Below, piece after piece: positions 37,885 to 46,829 of a stretch of DNA of 64,000 bases. This stretch comes from Thermoplasmatota archaeon (GTDB taxonomy: Archaea; Thermoplasmatota; Thermoplasmata; UBA10834). The stretch covers positions 275,513 through 339,512 of the forward strand of contig JAHIRF010000005.1 in the NCBI GenBank assembly GCA_018818785.1, read 5' to 3'. The notes beneath the pieces are model-generated. The model was not told the origin of the DNA and searched no databases. It saw only the letters and a list, made by a program, of their open reading frames with translations. A program made the position numbers and the translations under genes. Position 1 is the stretch's first letter, and each line of letters opens with the position of its first letter.

Positions 37885-39187
37885 GCCTCTTGCCTATGCC
37901 GGAGTATGCGATCCCGGCCTTCTTCATCTTCTCGGTCGAGAAGATGTTCCTTCCATCCACCACCCTCGGGGTCCTCATGAACTTCTTCAAGGTGGCCGGG
38001 GTTATACTTGCGTATTGGCTGTGCGCCACCATGAATATGGCTATGTCTGCGCCTTCAAGGGCGCTCCTGAGGTCGCTGACCACGTCGACCCCGTCGATCT
38101 CCGTGACATAAGGGTCGTGGACCGTCAGCTTCGTGCAGCTCTTGAACGACCTCATGACGGGTATCGTAGGCGAGTTCCTGATGTCTCCACTCTCCTGGAG
38201 GAACGATGCTCCAAGGATCGTCACGCAGGCCTTCCGTTTGTCTATCTTGGCATTGGCCAGCATCTTCATCGTGAGGTCGACGATGTGCAACGGCATACCA
38301 TCGTTCACCTCCCTTGCGGTCGGTATCAGCTTCGGCTTCGCTGCCTTGCCTCCGTGAACAAGCAGCCACGGATCCTTGGGCAGGCAATGCCCTCCGACCC
38401 CGGCTCCAGGAACGTGCATGTCCCTGAACGGACACGAGTTCACGAGCCGCCTGACCTCGAACGCGTCGATGTCCAGCGTTTCACAGATGAGTGCAACCTC
38501 GTTCGCGAACGCGATCTGTACATCCCTGTAGGTGTTCTCCGTCGTCTTCACGACCTCCGCGGTCGTCAGGTCCGTCGGATGCAGCTTGCCCTTCATGATA
38601 CGTGAGTATATCGAGCTGGCCCTCGCGATGCTCTGCTTGTCCAGCCCTCCGAGCACTCTGTCGTAGTTCCTCAGATTGTAGAGCAGTCGTCCCGGCATCA
38701 CCCTCTCCGGACAATGGGCCAGCTTGAAATCCTTCCCCATCTTCATCTTCTTCGATCGTTCCAAGGCCGGTGCGACCACGTTCATCATGGTTCCCGGAGC
38801 GATGGTCGATTCGATGATGACCAGGGTGCCCTTCCGCATGTTCTCCCCTATGCTCGTCACCGCTGCCATCAACCTCGAGTTGTTGGGCTTGTGCGATTCG
38901 TTGATCGGTGTGTCGACGCAGACGAATATCGCGTCCCTGTCGGAGCACATTGAGAAATCGGTGGATGCTCTGAGCTTCCCCTTCGCGACGGCCTTCGCGA
39001 GGAGCTCGTCCAGCTCCGGCTCGTCCCCTTTCAGCGGCAGCACACCCTCGTTGATCTTCATCGCGCGCTCTGCGGAGACGTCTATTCCTACGACATCGAA
39101 CCCCTTGTCCGCTAGAAGAACGGAGAGTGGGATTCCGACATAGCCCAGACCTACAATAGCCAATTTCTCCTTTGGCATCGGATGCAC
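37877..39187 (-). CDS. Nucleotide-sugar dehydrogenase (UDP-glucose / UDP-ManNAc 6-dehydrogenase family)
   Basis: LAIVGLGYVGIP N-terminus and the catalytic Cys in GGHCLPKD. Confidence 0.8.
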   Translation of the reverse strand: MHPMPKEKLAIVGLGYVGIPLSVLLADKGFDVVGIDVSAERAMKINEGVLPLKGDEPELDELLAKAVAKGKLRASTDFSMCSDRDAIFVCVDTPINESHKPNNSRLMAAVTSIGENMRKGTLVIIESTIAPGTMMNVVAPALERSKKMKMGKDFKLAHCPERVMPGRLLYNLRNYDRVLGGLDKQSIARASSIYSRIMKGKLHPTDLTTAEVVKTTENTYRDVQIAFANEVALICETLDIDAFEVRRLVNSCPFRDMHVPGAGVGGHCLPKDPWLLVHGGKAAKPKLIPTAREVNDGMPLHIVDLTMKMLANAKIDKRKACVTILGASFLQESGDIRNSPTIPVMRSFKSCTKLTVHDPYVTEIDGVDVVSDLRSALEGADIAIFMVAHSQYASITPATLKKFMRTPRVVDGRNIFSTEKMKKAGIAYSGIGKRLS

Positions 39188-39328
39188 AATCGTCGAGGAG
39201 CGTATAAGGCTTTCTCAACGGGTCCGGGCCATCTTCGAATAATGGGCCCAGCACTCTGGCCATGCGAGGAAAAAATCAGAAATGAAAGGGATTTCGTAAG
39301 AGGTTTGAGCTGGTTCTGATTCAGCGAC

Positions 39329-41737
39329 CTACTGTGGTTCCGTCGGTTCTTCGGGTGGTGGAGGCGAGTGGGTCATATGTTCTGGTCTCGCCGGCTTCGG
39401 CGCACCCATCCTGCCCTTCGCGAATGGCACGACTATCAGCAACACGATCATGACCAATAGAAGTATCATGATTGTGAAGTCAGTCATGCTCATCCCAGCC
39501 ACATCCTTCTCCCAGAGACCCTGGTCGGATTCGACGCTCATCGGAGTCCAGTCGCCTGATAGGTATGCGCCACTGATACCGTTGTACAAGCTGGCCCAGA
39601 CCTCGTAGCCTCCGTCAGGCAGGTTCGCGGGCACCTCTATCGTGAATGTGCCGCTCGAACCGGTCGTCAGGAGGGACCAGTCCTGGTTCTCCATGTTGGA
39701 CGAGAACCATATCTCGTACACCGACAGATGCGTCGCACCGTTCGTTGTGATCGAATAGCCGAAGGTCACAACAGTGCCAGGCTCGAACGCGCCGGAGACG
39801 GTCTTCGAGCTGCTCTGGACCCAGATGCTGAGATCGTAGTCGTTCATCAGATAGACGGTCGCGCTCGCGGCGACATTGTTGCCCAGTCCATCCTTCAGAG
39901 TCACTGTCGCTCTGTACCAGTTGGCTGGTTCCTCATCTGGTGCACTGAAGCTGAACGACCCGCTTGTGCGGAAGCCGAGTATTTCGGAACCGACAGTCTT
40001 TCCCGTGTTATCCGAGATCACATACGACAAAGAGCCGTTCGTCATGGCGGTCACGATCTGGTAGGACCATGTGAGCAAATCTCCACCGGCGTAGGTGTAG
40101 GTGTTCGCAGTGACTGCGAGGTACGCCTTGGCCACGGTCGCATCATCATAGGCGCCCATGAAGTATCCGTTCACGAGCGTGTATGCCTCGACATTGATGT
40201 CGCCGACATAGTCACTCGGTATCTGGTACATCACGCTGCTCGCGGTCGTGTTGCCAGCCTCGATGAGTCCCTGGTCTCCCGAGATTATGTAGAACACAGA
40301 GTTGTTGTATACTCTGTCGACACCCCATACGGTCTCGAAGGTCATCACCATGTTCTGTCCGCTCCAGTAATCGTCGAAGTCCAGGTTGACTGCGAAGCTA
40401 CCATCGATCTCGATGTCGAAGCTGGTCATTCTGACGACTGTGTTGCCGATCTTGGACACGGTCGCGTAGACGAGGTATGTGCCGAGTTCCGCGTCAGCGG
40501 CGAGCACGAACTCATGCTCGACGAGGCCTTCGACGCTGGTCATCAGACCTGCTGCGCCGTACTCCTCAAGCTCCGATCCATCCTTCTCGACGACTATATC
40601 CACATCTGCATCTGGCAGAGGTTCCGAGGAGCCGCCATCGACTTCAACGGCGACATCCAACACGACCTTCTCGCCTGCAAGATACACATCGTTGTCGGTC
40701 TCGACAGATGCCTGCATTTCGCCTACCGAGAACTCGATGTATTCCTGCTGGGTCCTGTCATCCGAGTCGTTCGCCCAGAAGGTGATCTCGTAATCGGAGG
40801 TCAGATTTATGCTCGCAGGTATGGTGAAGATCTTAATGCCCTTGTAGCTCGGCGCGAGATCACCTGTCGCGTTTATCTGAACGCCAGTGTTGTTGAACCA
40901 TGTGGCGCTCCACTCCACCTGGACATCGGTATAGAATGTCAGTGTGGCCATGTCAAGCACCACATATTCAACGGCGATGCTCTCTCCTGGCAGTACGACT
41001 GACCTGTCCGATCCGATCATCAGGAAGTACTTCGCGACCTCGAAGGTGTCGTGGTACCATGTGGTATCCGAGACCTCCCAGATGACCCTTATGTGGTAAG
41101 TTCCATCCTTCGCATCAGCGGGCACGGTCCACGCGACGCTCCACACACCGTTCGCATTGGCGGTCTGGAAATCCCAATGGTCTACCATGTGATCGGTCTC
41201 GTTCGTGATCTCGACCCTGAACGCGTCGTCCTCACCGGTGAGGACGCTTATCGCGACATCCTGTCCCGGATAGTAGAAGCCCGAGCTCGGGTCCAGAGTT
41301 ACGCCGCTCCTCTTCACGATGATCTGTGTGCTGGTGAATTGCACCCATCCGTATATCCCGTTGACGAGCACGACAACGTCGCAGACGGTCATGTCTCCTT
41401 CGAAGTACACATCGGCATTCAGCCATATGTCCACATCGGAGCTGTTGTAGTATCCGTCTATTGGCTCATCCGTGATAGCATCGAAAGTGCTCTCAAGCCC
41501 TCCACTCTGGTCGAGGAGACGGACCCTTATGTTGTCCCTGGTCAGCTCGCCCTCGAAGTAGAGTTCGACATTCACATAGACGTGATCTCCCTGGAAGAAG
41601 ACGTCTTTCAATTCGCCCGTATCGTCCGTTGTCTGTACAGAGCCTGTGTAGAATATCTCTCCCTTAGCGGGGACAGAGACGAAGACTACAGCGACCATGC
41701 ACAGTGCCAACGCTATGCTTAGAATCCTATTTTTCAT
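39329..41737 (-). CDS. Large secreted cell-surface protein with C-terminal TM anchor
   Basis: 802 aa; N-terminal signal peptide, a long beta-rich Thr/Asp/Val-rich ectodomain, a C-terminal TM helix and a short basic/Pro-rich tail. Confidence 0.55.
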   Translation of the reverse strand: MKNRILSIALALCMVAVVFVSVPAKGEIFYTGSVQTTDDTGELKDVFFQGDHVYVNVELYFEGELTRDNIRVRLLDQSGGLESTFDAITDEPIDGYYNSSDVDIWLNADVYFEGDMTVCDVVVLVNGIYGWVQFTSTQIIVKRSGVTLDPSSGFYYPGQDVAISVLTGEDDAFRVEITNETDHMVDHWDFQTANANGVWSVAWTVPADAKDGTYHIRVIWEVSDTTWYHDTFEVAKYFLMIGSDRSVVLPGESIAVEYVVLDMATLTFYTDVQVEWSATWFNNTGVQINATGDLAPSYKGIKIFTIPASINLTSDYEITFWANDSDDRTQQEYIEFSVGEMQASVETDNDVYLAGEKVVLDVAVEVDGGSSEPLPDADVDIVVEKDGSELEEYGAAGLMTSVEGLVEHEFVLAADAELGTYLVYATVSKIGNTVVRMTSFDIEIDGSFAVNLDFDDYWSGQNMVMTFETVWGVDRVYNNSVFYIISGDQGLIEAGNTTASSVMYQIPSDYVGDINVEAYTLVNGYFMGAYDDATVAKAYLAVTANTYTYAGGDLLTWSYQIVTAMTNGSLSYVISDNTGKTVGSEILGFRTSGSFSFSAPDEEPANWYRATVTLKDGLGNNVAASATVYLMNDYDLSIWVQSSSKTVSGAFEPGTVVTFGYSITTNGATHLSVYEIWFSSNMENQDWSLLTTGSSGTFTIEVPANLPDGGYEVWASLYNGISGAYLSGDWTPMSVESDQGLWEKDVAGMSMTDFTIMILLLVMIVLLIVVPFAKGRMGAPKPARPEHMTHSPPPPEEPTEPQ

Positions 41738-41925
41738 GGGCTATCCCATCCAAGTCCATTATTTGATGGACTATATATATACGTTTCGTAAAAGAACGAC
41801 TGACTATATAAATGGCCCAAGTTCGCCGTAGGTTCTATAAGGCAATTGCAGATGTGTTCTTGACCGCGAATTATGCGCATAGTCACCCGCACGCAGCTGC
41901 GCACACGCGAGGTGCCGCTAACACC

Positions 41926-43179
41926 TCATCCATCTTGATGGTGATCTTCGTCCCGTTCCTTATGGCCTGCGGTCGACCTCATCTCTTGGATGTTTGCTGG
42001 ACTGAACGGTGACATCGCCCTCAGCTTCTTCACGATCCCTGGCACCACCTCGATCACGAAGTCGATATCGTCATCGGTGTTGCTCCTACCTAGGGTGAAC
42101 TGCACTGCACTCTGCGCCTCCTCGGTTGGTATGTCGCATGCCAACAGCACGTGCGAAGGCAACAGGCTCTTGGACGTGCATGGAGAACTCGACGAGACAG
42201 ATATGCCCATCATGTCTAGGTTGAGCAGCATCGACTCTCCTTCGATGTATCTGAACCTGAAGTTCGCGTTGTTGGGGAGCCTCCTGGTCGGATGTCCGTT
42301 GAGGAACACGTCCTGGACATTCCCGCGCATCCCCTTGACCAGTCTGTCCCTGAGTCTCGTGAGCCTGGCCCCCTCTTCCACCATCTCGTTCGCTGCCAAC
42401 TCGGCCGCGGTGCCGAACCCCACGATGCCTGGGACGTTCTCGGAGCCGGACCTCAGCCCACGTTCCTGTCCGCCTCCCTGTCCCATCGCCTCGACTGACA
42501 CGCCATCCTTCACATATAACGCTCCCACACCCTTAGGCCCGTACATGTCGTTCGAGGAGATGGTCATGAGGTCGGTCCCAAGGCTCTGTACGTCTATCGG
42601 TACCTTGCCCGTCGCGGCCACGGCGTCGACGTGGAACCGGATCTCCTTCCCTCTGATCATGTCGCCGATCTCAATGATCGGTTGGAGTGTGCCTATCTCG
42701 TTGTTCGCATACATCACGGAGACCAGGATGGTATCGTCTCTGATAGAGGACCTGAGCTGTTCGATGTCGACGAATCCTTCAGGGGTAGACGGCACGTAGG
42801 TCACCTCGAACCCGTTCTTCTGAAGATACTTCATGATGTTCAGGACGGAGATGTGTTCTATCGCTGACGTGACGATGTGCTTACCCTTCTTCCGCATCCG
42901 CATCGCGGCGCCTTTGATGCCCAGGTTGTTCGCTTCCGTCCCGCCAGAGGTGAATATGATCTCTTCCTTCCTCTTGGCGTTGATCAGTCCCGCGACCTTC
43001 TCTCTGGCGTCCTCGACCGCATCCTTGGGCCCCCGACCAGAACCGTGCAACGAAGAGGGATTTCCGAAATCATCTGAGAAATAAGGCATCATCTCGCTGA
43101 GGACCCTTTCGTCCACAGGTGAGGCGGCCGCATAATCCATGTACACCCTTCTCTTCGCTCCGCTTTGACATATGGGCAT
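41926..43179 (-). CDS. Cysteine desulfurase (NifS/IscS-like, class V aminotransferase)
   Basis: YMDYAAASPVDERV, PLP-Lys region and active-site SSSSPCTS; start taken at MPICQ. Confidence 0.8.
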   Translation of the reverse strand: MPICQSGAKRRVYMDYAAASPVDERVLSEMMPYFSDDFGNPSSLHGSGRGPKDAVEDAREKVAGLINAKRKEEIIFTSGGTEANNLGIKGAAMRMRKKGKHIVTSAIEHISVLNIMKYLQKNGFEVTYVPSTPEGFVDIEQLRSSIRDDTILVSVMYANNEIGTLQPIIEIGDMIRGKEIRFHVDAVAATGKVPIDVQSLGTDLMTISSNDMYGPKGVGALYVKDGVSVEAMGQGGGQERGLRSGSENVPGIVGFGTAAELAANEMVEEGARLTRLRDRLVKGMRGNVQDVFLNGHPTRRLPNNANFRFRYIEGESMLLNLDMMGISVSSSSPCTSKSLLPSHVLLACDIPTEEAQSAVQFTLGRSNTDDDIDFVIEVVPGIVKKLRAMSPFSPANIQEMRSTAGHKERDEDHHQDG

Positions 43180-43218
43180 CGTGCACACATCCTCCCAGAT
43201 GGAGATTCCAACCATGGC

Positions 43219-43587
43219 CTAAAAGGTTAGCACCGCATCCGCTTCCAACGCGAGGTCGTTGAGCGTCGCCGCGCCCACTATCCTCGACGGTTGCTCGAAC
43301 TCCTCAGGTGTCGCCCTGCCGCCCCACAGTTGTGCGCTCTGTGCGCAGATCAGTATCTCGACGCCCGCGTTCGTGGCCTGGTCCATCACTTCCTTGAGAT
43401 CCGGGAAGCTCCCCATCTTGATCTTCTGAGGCTCCCCCTTCTTCACCGACAATATGCCTTTCGCGAGGAAGTAGATGGTCGCTTCGATGTTCATCGCGCG
43501 TGCCGTGGTCGCGAGTACGAATGGTGAGTAGAGTCGCTCCGGTGTATCGGGACCGGATGTCTGAACGTACAATATCTTCTTGCTCAT
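43219..43587 (-). CDS. DsrE/DsrF-like sulfur-relay family protein
   Basis: About 120 aa from MSKKILYVQTSGPDTPERLYSPFVLA, a DsrE/TusD-like fold signature; the ORF-track N-terminal extension is probably untranslated. Confidence 0.55.
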   Translation of the reverse strand: MSKKILYVQTSGPDTPERLYSPFVLATTARAMNIEATIYFLAKGILSVKKGEPQKIKMGSFPDLKEVMDQATNAGVEILICAQSAQLWGGRATPEEFEQPSRIVGAATLNDLALEADAVLTF

Positions 43588-43615
43588 TGACGGATCCTCC
43601 TTTTGGCTCAGAGAT

Positions 43616-43870
43616 TCAAGACATCCTCTTGAGAAGGAACCTGAAGCCCTCGTCCGTCTTTTCGACGGATAATAATTCGTGCCCCGCGTATTTCGCCCAG
43701 CTGCGTATGTCCGACTCTGAGGCTGGGTCGTCCGCCAAGACCTCCAGGATCTGTCCAACCTGGACCTTCGAGATATCCTCTCTGGTCCTGAACACCGGCT
43801 CCGGACAGTAGAGGCCGATGCAGTCGAGGGTCTTGGTGGGTCGGGGGAATCCTTCGCCTCTATTCGGCAT
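43616..43870 (-). CDS. TusA-like sulfurtransferase
   Basis: LDCIGLYCPEPV carries the CPxP motif; start uncertain (MPNRG at 43870, or upstream at 43909). Confidence 0.6.
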   Translation of the reverse strand: MPNRGEGFPRPTKTLDCIGLYCPEPVFRTREDISKVQVGQILEVLADDPASESDIRSWAKYAGHELLSVEKTDEGFRFLLKRMS

Positions 43871-43994
43871 AACTATCCTCGAATCGCCTCGGCAGACGAC
43901 CTCCGTCATAGTAACGGCGTTTAGTGATGGGGTTTTTTGTTGATAAGGATTTTCCCATCGCAGTATGGTTCTTGCCCTCGCTCCCCCTCATCGG

Positions 43995-44723
43995 TCACAC
44001 AAGCCTGAGGGTCGTCCTCCCCAACCTTCCCGCGAACCTCTTAGTGCCGAAACCAACGCTCTTCCTCAAAGGATCATCGGGCACATCGTCGGTCTGCTCG
44101 CTGATCAACGCGGAGATGGCAGCGACACCCGTCGGCGTGGCCCTCTCCCCGGGACAATCTCCCGGGACGTGTCTCAATGCCTTGAGCAAGTGGGCCGTGG
44201 CAGGCGCTGGGAGTCTGAACGTGCCGTGCCCTGTCACAACTATCCCTCTCCCCGTCGTCAATGTGGATGAAACGAACTCTCCATGTGAGTCCTTCTCCAG
44301 AAGGGTCGCGATGAACCCGATCCCTGCCATGTTCATCATGGCCTGCGGTCTGCCTATCTCGTGCAGATGGACCTCTTCAGGCGAGACGCCGTGCGCGGCG
44401 GCTTCTGCTTCGAACACCTTGTCGAGTATGGCATTCGACGATTCTCTGCCAGAGCCTAGCAAAGTCGTTATCTCGTCAATACATCTGTAGGCATCACGGT
44501 ATTCGGTCGTGCCTTCGGTCTGTACCCTCTGCACGTACGAGATGCCGATGCCCCTGTCTCCAGAATCCTCGATGTCTATGATTTGCATCGACAGACCCTT
44601 TCCCTCGGCTGCTGAGACCAGCTTTCGGATCGCGTCCTCTTTCACCGTTTCGGGCAACAGATCGATCATTGCGGCGAGCAGCATGTCGGCGGATACGCCC
44701 TCCCGCGCGTCTATGTGAATCAC
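43995..44723 (-). CDS. LarC N-terminal-domain (DUF111) protein, LarC1-like split nickel-insertion component
   Basis: MIHIDAREGVSADMLLAAMIDL matches the DUF111/LarC N-terminus; at 242 aa it is only the N-terminal part of a full LarC. Confidence 0.5.
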   Translation of the reverse strand: MIHIDAREGVSADMLLAAMIDLLPETVKEDAIRKLVSAAEGKGLSMQIIDIEDSGDRGIGISYVQRVQTEGTTEYRDAYRCIDEITTLLGSGRESSNAILDKVFEAEAAAHGVSPEEVHLHEIGRPQAMMNMAGIGFIATLLEKDSHGEFVSSTLTTGRGIVVTGHGTFRLPAPATAHLLKALRHVPGDCPGERATPTGVAAISALISEQTDDVPDDPLRKSVGFGTKRFAGRLGRTTLRLV

Positions 44724-44796
44724 GAATATCTCGAATGCGCTTGTCTGGGATAATTGTTCTGTGACCTAGGATGGGTGGATTGAACCGGTCCGCCCG

Positions 44797-45651
44797 TTAC
44801 TTGGTCTTGACCTTCCTGGTCTTGAGTTTCCGCTGTTTCGGCTTCTCGGGCGGAGCCATCTCAGGTTCCTTCTCCTCGACTTCTTCCTTCTCCAGATGCT
44901 CCTCTTCACGCGGCTCCTCGGCAGTGACTGGTTCAGGTTCCTGAGGTGCGATCACCTGCTGGTCGACCTCCTGGACAGGTTCCATCGGTTCCGGTACGGC
45001 CATGGGCTCGACTATCTCCACTTGCGGCTCGGGCAATGGTTCTTCCACCGCCTCGACCCTCATCTCTTCCTCTGCTTGTGGAGCGACGACCTCCTCATCC
45101 ACACTCTCGACGATCTCAGACTCCGAAGGTACCTCGACTTTGTCGATGGTCGTCTCAGCGGCGATCACTTCGGGCTCGGTCTCGGTGAACGCGAAGTCGG
45201 AACCGCACTCATCGCACTTGAGCGCCTCTGCGGCGACCAAGGCCGCGCAGATCGGACATTGGTAGCTCACGTCATCCCCGAATGTCGCGCTACACTTCGG
45301 GCATCGTTCCTCGCTTCCGTCAAGCATCCACGAGCAATGAGGACAGCTGAGCTTCTTGTCCTCCACCTTGACCTGCATCGACTCGATGGCGATTATCTCG
45401 GTCAGCAGAGTGTCAATGCTCTCGTCCGTATTCTTGGTGTCCGATTTCGAATAGAACTCGCGGTAGACGACATGGCACGATGGACAGCTCACGGATTCCT
45501 GATCCACATGCGCTCCGCAGAACGGACACTCGAAGAGTGTGTTCTTGCTATATCTGACACTACATCGTGGGCACGCCTCCTCGCGACCATTGACTCTGAA
45601 GCCGCATGTAGGGCAGCCGAACAGTTTCTTCCCGTCAATATCCATCGACAC
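44797..45651 (-). CDS. Protein with four tandem zinc-ribbon motifs and acidic/Glu-Pro-rich C-terminal region ending in a Lys-rich tail
   Basis: CPTCG..CPRCS, CPFCG..CPSCH, CPHCS..CPKCS and CPICA..CDECG pairs, followed by an EEPxxE repeat-like region and KPKQRKLKTRKVKTK. Confidence 0.5.
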   Translation of the reverse strand: MSMDIDGKKLFGCPTCGFRVNGREEACPRCSVRYSKNTLFECPFCGAHVDQESVSCPSCHVVYREFYSKSDTKNTDESIDTLLTEIIAIESMQVKVEDKKLSCPHCSWMLDGSEERCPKCSATFGDDVSYQCPICAALVAAEALKCDECGSDFAFTETEPEVIAAETTIDKVEVPSESEIVESVDEEVVAPQAEEEMRVEAVEEPLPEPQVEIVEPMAVPEPMEPVQEVDQQVIAPQEPEPVTAEEPREEEHLEKEEVEEKEPEMAPPEKPKQRKLKTRKVKTK

Positions 45652-45846
45652 TTACCTAGACTTATGAAGGCTCTGCCCAGTCTAAACATTTTCGGTGGTC
45701 GTGTATCGTATTACCCGTCTCCATGGCGAATGCGAAGTGTGGTAGGTGTCATATCATCCGCATCGTCGATCTCAGAAAGTCCGAGCGATCTTGAGCACAT
45801 AGCTGTGCCAAAAGTGCCGCTGGGATGAGAGCGAGATATCGTCCCG

Positions 45847-46641
45847 TCAGATCGTGAATGCGACCACGATCGCCCCGAGGATCGCGCAATACACGCCGAA
45901 TATCCACAGCTTGCCAGACTTGACCGCCTTCAGCAGGAACCCTATGGATGCGAGCCCGGTCATGAAGGCGGTCACAGCGCCTGCCGACATGATGATCATA
46001 TCCGAATCGTAGATGTCTAGCTTGACAATCCCGTATGCGAACGCGGCCACGAGCGCAGGTACCGACAGCAGGAACGCGAATGTCGCGGCGACCTCCCTCT
46101 CCAATCCCGTGAAGAGTCCTCCTGATAGGGTAGATCCACTCCTGGATATGCCCGGAAATATCGCGACCGCCTGGAATATGCCGGCAACCATCGCCTCGAC
46201 GAATCCGACGCTCTTATTCGTGTTCCTCGTTCCAGCCCTCTCTGCTAGTACAAGGACGACGGCGTTGATGAGTAACGCGGCTCCGACGAGTTGCAGTGTG
46301 AATATCTCCTCGATGACATCAGTGAGCAGTATCCCCGTGATCCCCACGGGTATCGTGGCGATTAGTATGAGGTACCCGAGCTTACGGAGCTTTTCGTCGT
46401 TCTCGTCCCGCATATCCTTGCACTTGAACATCGCCAAGATGATCTTGAGTATCTCCCGTCGGAAAAACACGCACACTGCAGCGAGAGTGCCTGCATGGAC
46501 GAACAAGTCGAACAATAGGTTCTCTTCCGCCGACAGGCCGAGCATCTCCTGCGCTATGACCAGATGGCCAGAGCTTGACACTGGCAGCCATTCGGTGATA
46601 CCTTGGATGATGCCTAGCAGTAGTGCGTGGATCAGGTCCAT
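45847..46641 (-). CDS. uppP: Undecaprenyl-diphosphatase (UppP/BacA)
   Basis: GITEWLPVSSSGHL and the second-motif region PGISRSGST. Confidence 0.85.
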   Translation of the reverse strand: MDLIHALLLGIIQGITEWLPVSSSGHLVIAQEMLGLSAEENLLFDLFVHAGTLAAVCVFFRREILKIILAMFKCKDMRDENDEKLRKLGYLILIATIPVGITGILLTDVIEEIFTLQLVGAALLINAVVLVLAERAGTRNTNKSVGFVEAMVAGIFQAVAIFPGISRSGSTLSGGLFTGLEREVAATFAFLLSVPALVAAFAYGIVKLDIYDSDMIIMSAGAVTAFMTGLASIGFLLKAVKSGKLWIFGVYCAILGAIVVAFTI

Positions 46642-46829
46642 TACGAGGTCAAGAGAGATTCTCCCTATTCAAGGTTCTCCAAGCCTGAGGGATGTATCGA
46701 ACTAGATAACGGAGGGAAAACGTATTTATCGCTTGGAATGGCTTGGATGCTTTCAGCGTCGACCATTCGAATCTACGTGCTGTCGATGGTATGATCGTCC
46801 ATCGCGGCTAAGATATCAGGGTAATCTCT

